Of a DNA stretch of 64,000 bases, positions 33,601-42,098 are shown in pieces (positions within the stretch are counted from its first letter, which is position 1; every line of letters starts with the position of its first letter). A program made the translations under genes and the position numbers. The notes below the pieces were generated by a model. It was not told the origin of the DNA. It saw only the letters and a list, made by a program, of their open reading frames with translations, and made no database searches. Origin of the DNA: an uncultured bacterium (GTDB lineage: Bacteria > Acidobacteriota > Thermoanaerobaculia > Multivoradales > JAHZIX01); the NCBI GenBank assembly GCA_965368975.1, contig CBDUPA010000018.1, positions 32,001-96,000 on the forward strand, in the 5' to 3' direction.

Positions 33601-35256
33601 GGCAGCGAAAGTCTCGCTGGCGGCAACGAACTGCACGCCAGCCGGCAACAGATCGGTCACAACCGCATTGACCAGCGGCTCGCTGGCCTGCGTCTGGTTG
33701 TCGACCTCGATCTCGAAGCTCACCGTCTGGCCGGGGATGTAGGGCCCGCCGGAGAGTTCTCGCTTGTTGGGTGACGAATAGGTGAAGGGCTCACTGACGT
33801 TGAAGCTGTGACAATCGGAGTCCATGACGGCGGTCGGACCGCTCACCAGCGTCGCCGGTGCGGTGCCGTCGATGCAGTTCTGCACCGAATCGCCCGTGTT
33901 CACCGGGTTGCCCAGGTTGTCGGTCGCCAGCAGCGTCGCCTCGACGCGCGCGCGGTTCGAGTTGTTGACCGCCCGCATGCCGACCGGGATCGGTCCCGCG
34001 AAAGCCCACTCGATCGAGGTCACGTACTCCCCCGCTGCCAGTGCCGGGATCGGGAAGTTGGCGTTGGTGTTGCCGGGGGAACTGCCGAGCACCGAAGGGC
34101 CGCCCAGGTTGGTGCTGTAGGAGATCGTCACCAGGCCGGTATACCCACTGTTGTAGTCGCCGGTGCTGACGCTGACCACGTCGAGCTGCGCCGGCACCGT
34201 GTCCGTGACGGTGATCGAGTCGAGCGGGATGTTGCCATCATTCTCGATCAGTACGTCGTAGAGAAAGGTCTGGCCGAGCGCGGGCGAGGGATAGCCACCA
34301 CCCAGGCGCTTGTCGAGGTCGAGCACCGGAGTCTCGACAAAGGCCTCGACATCGTGCGTCAGGCCCACCGGGCCTACCGCCTGCGGGCTGCCCCCGAGCG
34401 GCGTCATGGTGGCGTTGACCGTGTTGGTCACCATGTCGCCATCGTTGAACGGCGGCGACTCGTAGCGCACCGTCACCTGCAAGTTGAGCGGACTCGACAC
34501 CGTGGCACTGAAGCCGGCGCCGCCGTTGTCCCAGGTCACCGTGTGGCCGATCGCGTCGTAGGCACCACCGTTGTTGGCGCTGACGAAGATCGCGCCGGCC
34601 GGCAAAGTGTCCACCACCGTGACGGCGCTGACGTTCAGGCTGCCCGAGTTGTTGAGCGCACCGACCGTGATGTTGTAGGTGGAGTCGAAGCCGAGCAGCG
34701 CTTGACCGCCGGACAGGCTCTTCTGCAAGCGCGGCATGAAGGTGGCGTTGGCGGTCACATCTACCGGATTGGAGGTGCTGGGCGGCACGTTGGTGCCCGT
34801 CGCCGTGGCTGTGTTCGTGCGTGTGGTGCCGTCCGGGGTCGAGCCGTTGCGGAAGCGAACCGTAATGTCCAGATCACCCGCACTGCCGGCGGCTAGCGGC
34901 GTGTTGAAGATGAACTCGACCTGCGGTCCACCCGGCAGACCGGTGCCCAGCGTGCCGACCGCCGGTGCATTGACCGTCGCGACATCGCCAGTGGCGAGCA
35001 CGGAGACGAATTCCAGATCCGCCGGCAGCACGTCGAGCACCACGATGTCGTCGCAGTCGTTGGTGGTCGACGCACAGTTGTAGGTAATGCGGTAGGTGAA
35101 GTTGCTACCGGTATCGACCACATTGCCGGGGCCCACGCCCTGAACTGCTTTGGCCAACGGAAAGGTCTGGGCCAGCATCAGCCCCGGAAAAGCCAAACCT
35201 GTGATCAACGCCAGGATAAACAACCGAATCACTCGACACAGAATCCCTCCGAGCAT
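27640..35256 (-). CDS. Giant surface protein (~2540 aa): DUF11-like repeats, 3 SdrD B-like domains, 6 GEVED repeats, IPTL-CTERM
   Basis: Signal peptide; SLGDFVWLD/SLGNYVWFD/ALGNLVWCD; six DGEVED units each preceded by D(Y/F)GD(A/L)P; C-terminal IPTLGEWG, TM and RRRRR. Start may be up to 35295. Confidence 0.9.
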   Translation of the reverse strand: MLGGILCRVIRLFILALITGLAFPGLMLAQTFPLAKAVQGVGPGNVVDTGSNFTYRITYNCASTTNDCDDIVVLDVLPADLEFVSVLATGDVATVNAPAVGTLGTGLPGGPQVEFIFNTPLAAGSAGDLDITVRFRNGSTPDGTTRTNTATATGTNVPPSTSNPVDVTANATFMPRLQKSLSGGQALLGFDSTYNITVGALNNSGSLNVSAVTVVDTLPAGAIFVSANNGGAYDAIGHTVTWDNGGAGFSATVSSPLNLQVTVRYESPPFNDGDMVTNTVNATMTPLGGSPQAVGPVGLTHDVEAFVETPVLDLDKRLGGGYPSPALGQTFLYDVLIENDGNIPLDSITVTDTVPAQLDVVSVSTGDYNSGYTGLVTISYSTNLGGPSVLGSSPGNTNANFPIPALAAGEYVTSIEWAFAGPIPVGMRAVNNSNRARVEATLLATDNLGNPVNTGDSVQNCIDGTAPATLVSGPTAVMDSDCHSFNVSEPFTYSSPNKRELSGGPYIPGQTVSFEIEVDNQTQASEPLVNAVVTDLLPAGVQFVAASETFAANGTGVTVANFEVLPNFDGAGSTLLRWTLSGTIAPGQNIDVRFDAEVLTGVISGTLTNTGSQTHNTPGVLVRCSGGSDTDTLDQDGDASTADRLCRDNENFTIAAVAQLTSEKLVQGQCDVGFTKFPNFGVTVPGGLIDYRETVTNVGTVPVTGFVIVDILPEVGDTGVLDLNPRDSFWAPILVGPITPPPGGAVFYSTSPNPCRPEVGGPVSGCDPPGWTTVPPSPISSVRAFKVEFGSRVLNPLDTLDFQWRMIAPSDVPLAASLVTPAAGDIAWNSFGYQGTRVDGGTLNAEPLKVGIIAKAPPTSSLGDFVWLDTNGNGIQDDGPTGVNDVPVRLYSPGPDGVAKTGDDVLVANSITADDMFGNPGWYLFSDLTPASYYVEFTPPTNFDVTAPDQGGNDALDSDVDPLLLCTPLVSLGPGEDNPTLDLGLLPPTTASLGNYVWFDLDADGVQDEPVAEGVNGVTVELYEDADGDGTPEPGGDDGPPVEVQATADDAFAAPGYYLFEDLPPGGYFVRFVLPPSATGFTSRDAGGDDSVDSDADTGGGINGGSSAVVVLVAGDANLTLDAGLIRPSGSLALGNLVWCDDNGDLVADASDDNGVFDPGAGESGVNGVRLNLYRDDNSDGLPQPGEYFGSTLTFTQAGNDGRYAFANLPAGDYVVEVAALNFLSGGPLEGKSTATGNSPAPDPDDDVDNDDNADLTGAVLYNVPVTLSNGGEPTNDGDGDNDTNLSVDFGFRNGSAATFDYGDAPDAGTGTGPGNYATTALDGGPYHELIASNPLLGDCVDADTGSAQNIFADADDLGAPIGATVGSPSCVPGGDDEDGVTFTSPFSAGSVANFTVRANSTAGAVPCTLNAWVDWNQSGVFEGSEQIAADVVIASGGSTVLSPAVPVGAPSGWTYARFRCSTAAGLPPTGPAPDGEVEDHLVRVVGIDYGDAPDSYTTLAASGGPSHPFDPGVTPILGACVDGEADAPAASLNGLGDDLTFTAGSTASCADDEDGVRFDTMFVVREAAQLTVTASLPSLLSAWIDWNGDGQFTGIGEQIANDQALLPGANVLNLVVPADATVGITYARFRVSTAGVGTSFGGAAADGEVEDYALVIKGNDYGDAPDSYTTTEASGGPRHGVDPTSNLYLGTCADTETDAQAPFDASGDDANAGSGTAGTCTGGDDEDGVVFTSMVIACQVASVQVTAGSGGRLDAWIDFNRDGDFGDLGEQVFLNRVLGAGANNLSVAVPCNAVPGASYSRWRFSSTGGLGIGGFTMDGEVEDHPLQLKAVDFGDAPASYGTLASANGPTHGIDPAAGFYLGSCVDTEVDGAPSAGLDGDDLTSGTTVTGSCSGGDDEDGVSFPGGILVCQSADVEVTASLPGVLDAWIDFNGDGDFADADEQVFTFQAVAAGTQTLSFSVPCGLEPRTTASRWRLSSTGGLSFTGPSMDGEVEDHPATLEAFDYGDLPDSYATTTASGGAVHALDPASGLFLGACVDAEGDGQNSVDADGDDLGAADASLGTCSGNDDEDGVTFATDIIACESADLTVVASATGLLDAWIDFGADGDFSAATDRILTGFAVSAGSQTVSFTVPCDTVGGDTYARFRLSTTGVAGSGGPAADGEVEDYVVNVQLGRDFGDAPDPAYPTTLAQDGARHFVLPTGNPTLGSLVDSELEGLQSANHLGDDQDGSDDEDGVSFFGALIPGADADIELRTGATGGVVSAWVDFNLNGSWNDPGEQVVADLAMAANSTSAVTFPVPVGSPDGSSCARIRISSAGGLTPTGQAADGEVEDYVVAVGVEDPKLGVAKEVITFVDEGGGAAVVTFAVRLENLGNVPLSNVNANADLATAFQRAAFFQLLSLTSSDFVVNTGFDGDTVIDLLFAGNNLGVGESGTVELEVRVNTGGVTDTYECSSIGTGTSPAGSPVTDTSQDGGSSDPDGNGDPGDNEDPTIVQITGSVLEIPTLGEWGLILLVLLLATAALRSLRRRRRLQPTAR

Positions 35257-35358
35257 GGCTCGTCTCCTCTGCACATGTAGCAATTTGAGGATCATCCCTC
35301 ATTTCCAAAAAGAGGGCGATCTAGATGAACTCAGATGATACCGAAGCTATCGCGAGAA

Positions 35359-36102
35359 TCAACGACGAAGTAGCGGCAGGGCAACAGCAGACAGCAGCAA
35401 GATCAGCAGCACCATGCCCCACTCATCGAGCGTGGGAATCGTCACGACCGGAGTCGGAGCCACGGCCGGGTCATAGGAAAGGGTCCACGCGAAGCCATCA
35501 CCGGCGCCAGGTATCGGCTCCGTATCGGTCACCGTGAAGGTGACCGAAGTGATCGGGCCAAACAGCTCGACGGTGCCACAACCTCCATTCGGGTTGCCTC
35601 CCGCAAGGTCTTCGCAACCTCCCAAGAGCGCCTGGGCCGGCGTCGAGTTGAGCACCGATCCCGTGACTTCGAATTCCGGGTTGCCTGATAAGCGAGCCAC
35701 GGTCACGCCACCGAAGTCAACGGTTCCGAAGTCCAGATTGACGAAATGGAAGCGCGGATTGAGCACTGGTTGCGAGAAGGTAACAGTCAGGTCGGCGGAA
35801 CCAACGGTGCCGCCGGCATCCACACTACCGATGGACCAGACCGTACCCACGGGCGGCGTCGGCGTGAACCAGACGTCTGGATAGTTCGCACTACCGTCGA
35901 CCGGTATCGTAAGGCTCAGCAAGGTATTCACAGCACTGATGGCATTCCCCGTGCTGGCGGTGCCGGTCACCGCGCCGCCGAAGTCGAAGGTAGTGTTACT
36001 GGTCCAGTTGGCGAAGACCTGCTGTGCGCTGGCGGCAGAAGGGACCAGCAGCACCAGAGCGGCGAACAGAGACAGGGCGACGCGGAAGCAAGTTCGGAAC
36101 AT
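35359..36102 (-). CDS. Secreted IPTL-CTERM sorting-domain protein
   Basis: RBS AAGGAG; signal peptide ending ASA/QQ; C-terminal IPTLDEWGMVLLILLLSAVALPLLRR. Confidence 0.88.
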   Translation of the reverse strand: MFRTCFRVALSLFAALVLLVPSAASAQQVFANWTSNTTFDFGGAVTGTASTGNAISAVNTLLSLTIPVDGSANYPDVWFTPTPPVGTVWSIGSVDAGGTVGSADLTVTFSQPVLNPRFHFVNLDFGTVDFGGVTVARLSGNPEFEVTGSVLNSTPAQALLGGCEDLAGGNPNGGCGTVELFGPITSVTFTVTDTEPIPGAGDGFAWTLSYDPAVAPTPVVTIPTLDEWGMVLLILLLSAVALPLLRR

Positions 36103-36152
36103 GGGGCTCTCCTTCAGGGTAGAGTTGCAAGACATCGATACCCAGAAGGCAT

Positions 36153-36168
36153 AGCAAAGCCAGTGCCA
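36153..36168 (-). promoter_or_regulatory. sigma54 promoter for the IPTL-CTERM genes
   Basis: TGGCACTGGCTTTGCT is an exact TGGCAC-N5-TTGCT match, 50 nt upstream of ATG 36102. Confidence 0.85.
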
Positions 36169-36309
36169 GGTGCGACGACAGTTAGGTGGTGCCAACGCAC
36201 GTCCCCGCGGACACCATCGTACACAAATGAACATACCTGGACATGCCGACGAACATCCTTGGACATGGCTGATGCCGTCAGCGCTATCCGAACCGACTCG
36301 CGAGTCAGT

Positions 36310-38004
36310 TCACGGGTCGGACAAGAGCCCTAGGCCTCGCGCGCGTCGCTTGAGGCCCGCTAGCGAGACACGCAACTCGGCCGCCCCCCGCCGCAAGCTG
36401 CCACCATTGCGTTCCAGGACCTGCCTCAACTCCTGCTCCGAGATATCGACTGCTTTGCGCAGCTGCGAACAATCGTCGATCAGGCGGTACAGCGTCGGCC
36501 GCGAGACACCCAGGGCCTGCGCCGCCGGTTTGAGCTGCCAGTGGTGCTGCTCCAGCACCTGCAACAATTCCTCCTCCGTCACCTCGACCGCACGCCGGAA
36601 GCGCCCGGAGTCCGTCACCGACGGCTCTGTGGGCCGCACCACGCTGGTGTGCTGGGTCTGCTGCTCGATCGCGGCTGGCCGGGACGCCGGAGAAGGCTTG
36701 GGAGACGGCAGCAGCCGCTCCAGCGAGGCTGCGTCGGTGTGCGGGTCAGGGCTGTTGCGGTACATCACCAGCTGGCGCGCTACGTTACGCAGCTGACGCA
36801 CGTTGCCTGGCCAGTCGTAGCGCACCAGCCGGGCCACCAGTTGCGCCGGCGGCCACGGCGTCTCGGAACCAGTGTGCTCCAGCGTCTCGGGCGTCGTCAG
36901 GTCCGCCAGTTCGCGGCCCAGAAAGTGGTAGAGCAAGCGGGCCACATCGTCGCGTCGCTGGCGCAGCGGCGGCAGGTGGATTTCGCAGCCGGCCAGACGG
37001 TACAGCAAGGGCGCCCGGAACGAACCACGCTCGATCGCCGCTTCCAGGTCCTCGTCGGTCGCCGCCAGCACCCGCACGTCGATCTGACGGCTCTCGGCAC
37101 TGCCCACGGCATGGATCTCACCACTCTCCAACGCCCGCAGCAGCGCGACCTGCACCTCCAGCGGCGCGGCTCCGATCTCGTCCAGAAACAGCGTGCCGCC
37201 CTCGGCGCGCTGGAAGAACCCCTGCTTGGCACGGTCGGCACCGGTATAGGCTCCGCGCACGGCACCGAACAACTCGGCCGCCGCCAGTGACGTCGGCAAG
37301 GCGCCCATGTTGACCGCCACGAAAGGCCGGTGGCGCCGGCGGCCGATATCGTGCAACGCGCGCGCTGCCAATTCTTTTCCGGTACCGCTCTCGCCACGTA
37401 GCAACACCGGTACGTCCAGCTCGGCCGCGGCGCGCACCTCCTGGCGCAAACGCAGGATGGCGTCCGACTCGCCTTCCAGACCAAACGACGGCAACACCGG
37501 CGGCACCGGGTCCATCAGATGTAGCAACAGCGCCACCCGGCGCGCCAGCACCAGCACGACACCGGCTTCGATCTGCGTCGCGGTCAGTGCCATGCGGCCG
37601 GTCAGCACCTCGTCGTTGACGCGCACCGAGGTCTTGCACTGGTTGGCATCGAGCGTCACGCCCCCCTCGGCCTCAGTGCCGCCTGCCCCCGGCAAGAGCA
37701 AGAGCGGGCGACGGCTCAGATGCGGCTCTTCCAGGGGCCGCGGCACCGCGCTGCCGGCAGCCGCCCCGACGAACAGTGGGTGCAGACGCGACAGCTGCAC
37801 CGGCTGCCCCGACACCAACTCGGGGAGCACCACGCGTTCCCCCACCCGCCGCGGGTCCGGATGGCTCAGGATGACCACCCCTGGCACTCGCGGACTCTGG
37901 TCGAGGCTCGCCAGGTGATCGGTCGTGCACGTGGTTTCCTGTGTCGGATCTCCAGCGTTCATCGAAGCCCCGGCATCGAACCCAGACATCGCTTGCATTG
38001 GCAT
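36310..38004 (-). CDS. sigma54-dependent enhancer-binding protein (FHA-like N-terminus, AAA+, two HTHs)
   Basis: GESGTGKE, ELFG, GAYTGA, LFLDEIG, FRAPLLYRL, WPGNVRQL; two C-terminal Fis-like HTHs. Confidence 0.92.
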   Translation of the reverse strand: MPMQAMSGFDAGASMNAGDPTQETTCTTDHLASLDQSPRVPGVVILSHPDPRRVGERVVLPELVSGQPVQLSRLHPLFVGAAAGSAVPRPLEEPHLSRRPLLLLPGAGGTEAEGGVTLDANQCKTSVRVNDEVLTGRMALTATQIEAGVVLVLARRVALLLHLMDPVPPVLPSFGLEGESDAILRLRQEVRAAAELDVPVLLRGESGTGKELAARALHDIGRRRHRPFVAVNMGALPTSLAAAELFGAVRGAYTGADRAKQGFFQRAEGGTLFLDEIGAAPLEVQVALLRALESGEIHAVGSAESRQIDVRVLAATDEDLEAAIERGSFRAPLLYRLAGCEIHLPPLRQRRDDVARLLYHFLGRELADLTTPETLEHTGSETPWPPAQLVARLVRYDWPGNVRQLRNVARQLVMYRNSPDPHTDAASLERLLPSPKPSPASRPAAIEQQTQHTSVVRPTEPSVTDSGRFRRAVEVTEEELLQVLEQHHWQLKPAAQALGVSRPTLYRLIDDCSQLRKAVDISEQELRQVLERNGGSLRRGAAELRVSLAGLKRRARGLGLLSDP

Positions 38005-38050
38005 GGCCAGAGTGTACTCGATTCCGAAACCGCCTTCGAAGCGTCGAATC

Positions 38051-38066
38051 TGGCATGTGCTTTGCT
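38051..38066 (+). promoter_or_regulatory. sigma54 promoter for the 38196 gene
   Basis: TGGCATGTGCTTTGCT (GG-N10-GC), divergent from the activator gene. Confidence 0.8.
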
Positions 38067-38195
38067 AGAGTCCATCCATATTCCGGACCGGTTTTCCAGG
38101 CACAGAAGACCGGTTCAAAGAAATTCGCATTCTGATTATGATGTCAGGATCGCGAGAAGTGACGCCAACCCGTTTGATGTACTCAAGGAGTTCCA

Positions 38196-38753
38196 ATGGC
38201 TCTCAAGCATCCCAACGCCATCCCTGCGGGCCTCATCCCCGCGGGCACCGACGACAACTTCGACTACTACGCAAAGTACGAGGCTTCTGGAAACACCCTC
38301 AACTTCTACTCCGATCCTGAGGGCACCGAAGCAACGACTCCGCCTGGCTGTGTCACCGACAAGAACAAGAAGTTCGGACACATCCTGGTGATGACCAACA
38401 ACTCAGAAGGTACCTTCGCCGATCCGGCGGTGACATGGGAAGGCCAGGTTCCGAACACGACTCCACCGCCCCCCATCAGCGCCGTCACCCGTTCCACGGA
38501 AGGCGAAGGCTTCTCGTTCGTCGACGACAACGACCCGCGACCGGAAAACACGACCACGTATCACTTCACCATCTGGGTACACCCCAACGCGGGCGGCAAT
38601 CCGACCGGTCATGAAGAAGTCGCGCCTCAGGCCGTGCCGATGGGTCCCGGCCCCGTGGTCATCGGCTTCGGCCCCAGCGGCACAGAGCACGGCTTCGATC
38701 CGACCGTGGTCAACAAGGGTGAGTACGGGGGCGACGGCGGCACCGGTAGCTGA
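38196..38753 (+). CDS. Hypothetical beta-rich protein, 185 aa, with C-terminal DPTVVN motif
   Basis: RBS AAGGAG, GC3-biased codons, own sigma54 promoter; no signal peptide. Confidence 0.8.
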   Translation: MALKHPNAIPAGLIPAGTDDNFDYYAKYEASGNTLNFYSDPEGTEATTPPGCVTDKNKKFGHILVMTNNSEGTFADPAVTWEGQVPNTTPPPPISAVTRSTEGEGFSFVDDNDPRPENTTTYHFTIWVHPNAGGNPTGHEEVAPQAVPMGPGPVVIGFGPSGTEHGFDPTVVNKGEYGGDGGTGS

Positions 38754-38800
38754 ACCAGCAACTCCCTGAGCAGCTGCAAAGCAGCGCGGCCGACCACCGC

Positions 38801-41545
38801 TCAGTTGGTGGTCGGCTGGCTGGCCGCCGCGGAGAGACCCAGGCGCGACCGTAACTCGTCGAACCAGGGAAACGAGAACCAGCGCGGTTCGAAGTCTTGC
38901 TCCAGCGCACGCCGAGCGTTGACCAGGGCCGAAGCCTCGTCGCCGACCAGCGCGTAGACCAGGGCCGCCTCGTAGCTCACCTGCGGGTTGTCCGGAAACT
39001 GACGCAGTGCCGCCTGTACCGACGCCACGGCCTCCTCGTGCCGCTGCAGGCGGGCCTGCGCCTGCGCCCGCACGGTCAGCAGCGCCTCCGGCCGCGGATC
39101 GTCCGCCGCTAGCTCCAAGACGCGCCCGTAGAGCTGCGCCGCGACGTCCTCGTGACCCAGTAACAGCTCGGCATCCGCCAAGTTGAGCGCGGTATAGGGC
39201 GACGATGGACCCAGGCCAAAGGCCTGATGGAAGCGCGCGGCAGCCTCCTGGTAGCGCTGCAGCAGCAGGTAAGCTGTGCCTAGGTTGGTCAGCTCGGTAA
39301 CCTCCGGCGAGCGCTCCACCAACCGCTCGTAGAGCTCGGCCGCACGCTGTGCACTGCCGTTGAGCAGTTCCAGCTGTGCCAGCCGCGACAGGCCATCGAA
39401 GTGATCCGGCGCCAGCCGCAGGCCCGCCTCCAGACTGGCACGCGCCCCCTCGACGTCCCCTTGGCGGTAGAGCAGGTCCGCCAGGTCGAAGTAATAGGCC
39501 AACGACGGCAGTCTCTCGACCGCCTCACGCATCGCCGCCACCGCTTCCACGCCGCGTCCGCGCCGCTCCAGCAACAAGGCCCCATGCATCAGGCTCAGAG
39601 CATTGCCCGGCTCCAAGCGTCGCAGCTTGTCCAAGTGGCCTTCCGCCTCGTCCAGACGGCCAGCGATACGCGCCACCTGTATCGAGCGCGCCAACACCTG
39701 CGCATCTTCAGGTGCCAGCTCCCGGGCCCGCCGCAGTGCCGCCTCGGCTCGCTCCAGATCGTCTCGGTCGCGTTGCTCCTGGAAGCGCTGCAGGTAGATC
39801 TGCACGCGCAGCAGCGGCGCCGCCAGGAAGCGTGGTGACGACTGCTCCAGGGTCTCCAGGTCGCTCAGCAACTGCGTCGAAGAACGCACCGTCGTCCGCT
39901 GTAGGTAGCTCTGGTAGAGGCGCAGGAACCTCTCATAGTCCTCGGCGCGCACCTCCAGATCCGGGACACCCGACTGCAGCCGTTCGTCGGGATAGCCACG
40001 TCGCAGGTGGTCGAGTACTGCTCGCGAGGTCACTAGCAGCTGCCGCCGATCGACACTGAAGCTCTCCGTCCACAGCACCCGGCCGTCGCTGCCTCGTACG
40101 CGCCGCAGCACCGCCTGACAGGCGCGTCGATCACACTCCAACCGTGACGTCAGAACCTCGTCGGCAGCTACCGTGCGCGCCAGCTCGACCAGGTCTGCTT
40201 GCGTACCACCTTCGGCCATGGTCCCCTCCACCGGTGCCAGCCGCCGAAAGCCGAGGATGCCCCGCAGCAAGGCCGTATGGACCGCATTCGCCGTCAACTG
40301 CAGATCTTCGCGCTCCTCCTCCTCATCCTGCCCGTTGACCACCACCGCTGTGTGCGGCACCGCGACATAGCGCTGCTCCATCGGCGGTCGCAAGTTCCAC
40401 CACAGTGCGCCCGCGAGCACAGCAACCGTCAGTGCCAGGATCACGATCCAGCCCGACTTCCTCGCCGAACCCGTCCGCGAAGATACCGTCGATGGCGTCT
40501 CCTGGAGGTCTGGCGGCACCGCCGAGGCCGGTTGTGGTTGCTCCCAGGCTGTCGGCCCGGCCGTGGCCTGCTCCCCTGACCCCAGGGTTGGAGCTGCCTG
40601 CTGAGCGTAGGATTCGTAGCTTTGCTGCAGCCCGCTCCCGCCATCGAACTGCGCCAGGTCGCGCAGGGCCTGTTCGGCACTCTGCGGTCGCTGCAGCGGG
40701 TCCTTCTCCATCAAGCGCTCCACAAAGGCCGAGAGCCCCGGCGGCACCATCGGGTCGAGGAGGTGCGGCGGCGGCGGCTTGGCGGTGCAGATTCGGTGCA
40801 CGATCATCGCCGGCGCTTCGGCCCGGAAAGGCGAGCGTCCGGTCAGCAACTCATAGAGGATCGACCCCAGAGCAAACAGATCCGTCCGCTGATCCACCGG
40901 CCGTCCCAAGACCTGCTCCGGCGCCATCGCGGTCATGGTGCCGGCGATGTGGCCCTCACGAGTCAACCGCGTCTCGTCGACACCCACGCCGAAGCGGCCG
41001 GCGATGCCGAAGTCCAGAATCTTGACCTGCTCGCCCTCGTCGCCGGTCTCACCATGGCTGAGCATGATGTTCTCCGGCTTCAAGTCGCGATGCACCACAC
41101 CCGCCGCGTGCGCCGCCGCCAACCCCCGCAACAACTGCCGCGCCATGCGTAGCACCCGCGACGGCTCCAGCGGCCCGTCGCGCAGAACCTGGCGGAGCGA
41201 GCGTCCGTCCACCAATTCCATGACGATCCACTCGCCGCTCTCCTCCTCCACCCAATCGTGCACTTGCACGATCGCCGAATGCCGCAGCCGAGCCACCAGC
41301 CGCGCCTCTCGGCGCAAGCGCTTCGCCTGGTTGCCCGAGTCCGTGCCCGGCCGGATCCGCTTCAGCGCCACCGGCCGATCGAGCCGAGAATCGAATCCGG
41401 CGTAGACCTCCCCCATGCCCCCCTCGCCCAGGCGGCCTTGCACCTGATAGGGGCCGACAGTCAAGCCCGACTCGGAAGAGATCTCCCCCGACGGGGTCGC
41501 CTCGGACAAGTCGAGCTCAGATGGGGGGTGCTGAGGCTCAGTCAT
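38801..41545 (-). CDS. Hanks-type Ser/Thr kinase with TM and C-terminal TPR repeats
   Basis: LGEGGMGEVY, VALK, HRDLKPEN, DFG, APE, DLFALG; TM WIVILALTVAVLAGALWW; TPR-like helical repeats. Confidence 0.92.
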   Translation of the reverse strand: MTEPQHPPSELDLSEATPSGEISSESGLTVGPYQVQGRLGEGGMGEVYAGFDSRLDRPVALKRIRPGTDSGNQAKRLRREARLVARLRHSAIVQVHDWVEEESGEWIVMELVDGRSLRQVLRDGPLEPSRVLRMARQLLRGLAAAHAAGVVHRDLKPENIMLSHGETGDEGEQVKILDFGIAGRFGVGVDETRLTREGHIAGTMTAMAPEQVLGRPVDQRTDLFALGSILYELLTGRSPFRAEAPAMIVHRICTAKPPPPHLLDPMVPPGLSAFVERLMEKDPLQRPQSAEQALRDLAQFDGGSGLQQSYESYAQQAAPTLGSGEQATAGPTAWEQPQPASAVPPDLQETPSTVSSRTGSARKSGWIVILALTVAVLAGALWWNLRPPMEQRYVAVPHTAVVVNGQDEEEEREDLQLTANAVHTALLRGILGFRRLAPVEGTMAEGGTQADLVELARTVAADEVLTSRLECDRRACQAVLRRVRGSDGRVLWTESFSVDRRQLLVTSRAVLDHLRRGYPDERLQSGVPDLEVRAEDYERFLRLYQSYLQRTTVRSSTQLLSDLETLEQSSPRFLAAPLLRVQIYLQRFQEQRDRDDLERAEAALRRARELAPEDAQVLARSIQVARIAGRLDEAEGHLDKLRRLEPGNALSLMHGALLLERRGRGVEAVAAMREAVERLPSLAYYFDLADLLYRQGDVEGARASLEAGLRLAPDHFDGLSRLAQLELLNGSAQRAAELYERLVERSPEVTELTNLGTAYLLLQRYQEAAARFHQAFGLGPSSPYTALNLADAELLLGHEDVAAQLYGRVLELAADDPRPEALLTVRAQAQARLQRHEEAVASVQAALRQFPDNPQVSYEAALVYALVGDEASALVNARRALEQDFEPRWFSFPWFDELRSRLGLSAAASQPTTN

Positions 41546-41729
41546 CGTAGATCCCGGAACCTTCGGTTCGGAGTCTTGGGATTCTACGCTAATCCTCAGG
41601 TCGTCTGCTTTCCGACAGCCGTAGGCGCAAGCTATCCACGATCGCCCACTCATGTCCGTGGATGTCCAACGAACAGGAACGGACACCGAAAAACCGCTCC
41701 ACAAAGCCGAGAACCAGGCTCTCGGACAC

Positions 41730-41745
41730 TGGCACTACTCTTGCA
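41730..41745 (+). promoter_or_regulatory. sigma54 promoter with no downstream ORF
   Basis: TGGCACTACTCTTGCA is an exact TGGCAC-N5-TTGCA match. Confidence 0.85.
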
Positions 41746-41756
41746 TTTGACCAACA

Positions 41757-41882
41757 CCCACGAGGGTCTCATCGCAAGGCGGTCACCCGCTACGAGAGAA
41801 CAACAGTTCGGAGCGCTTCGACAGCTTCAGCGTCAACGACAGCTGTCGAAGAATCCCACCCCCTGTTTCAGGGGGCTTTTTT
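41757..41882 (+). ncRNA. Candidate sigma54-dependent small RNA (~125 nt)
   Basis: Lies between a consensus sigma54 promoter and an intrinsic terminator; no ATG; 11-bp perfect stem CTTCGACAGCT/AGCTGTCGAAG. Confidence 0.65.
41859..41882 (+). terminator. Rho-independent terminator
   Basis: CCCCCTG-ttt-CAGGGGG-CTTTTTT. Confidence 0.85.
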
Positions 41883-42098
41883 GTTGCACGAATTCCTGAG
41901 CATAGAGCTATCATATTTGCGTTCTTATCAGTATCCGCTATGCTTATACCAATCTTCTCCACCGAAATCGAACCGATCTCGGTTTTTTCTCTCTAGGAAC
42001 GCGGTTGAGTCAGCCAGGAGCTGGCGTTGGGATCTGCATCTCGTCGAGAGCGGCCTGACGGCGGCAGCCTGGAAACCACTGTTTCTCAGGGAGAGCGC

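Noticed and set aside
28663-34896. Long plus-strand ORFs (591, 577 and 362 aa)
   Set aside because: Antisense shadows of the giant GC-rich surface protein gene, with no motifs of their own.
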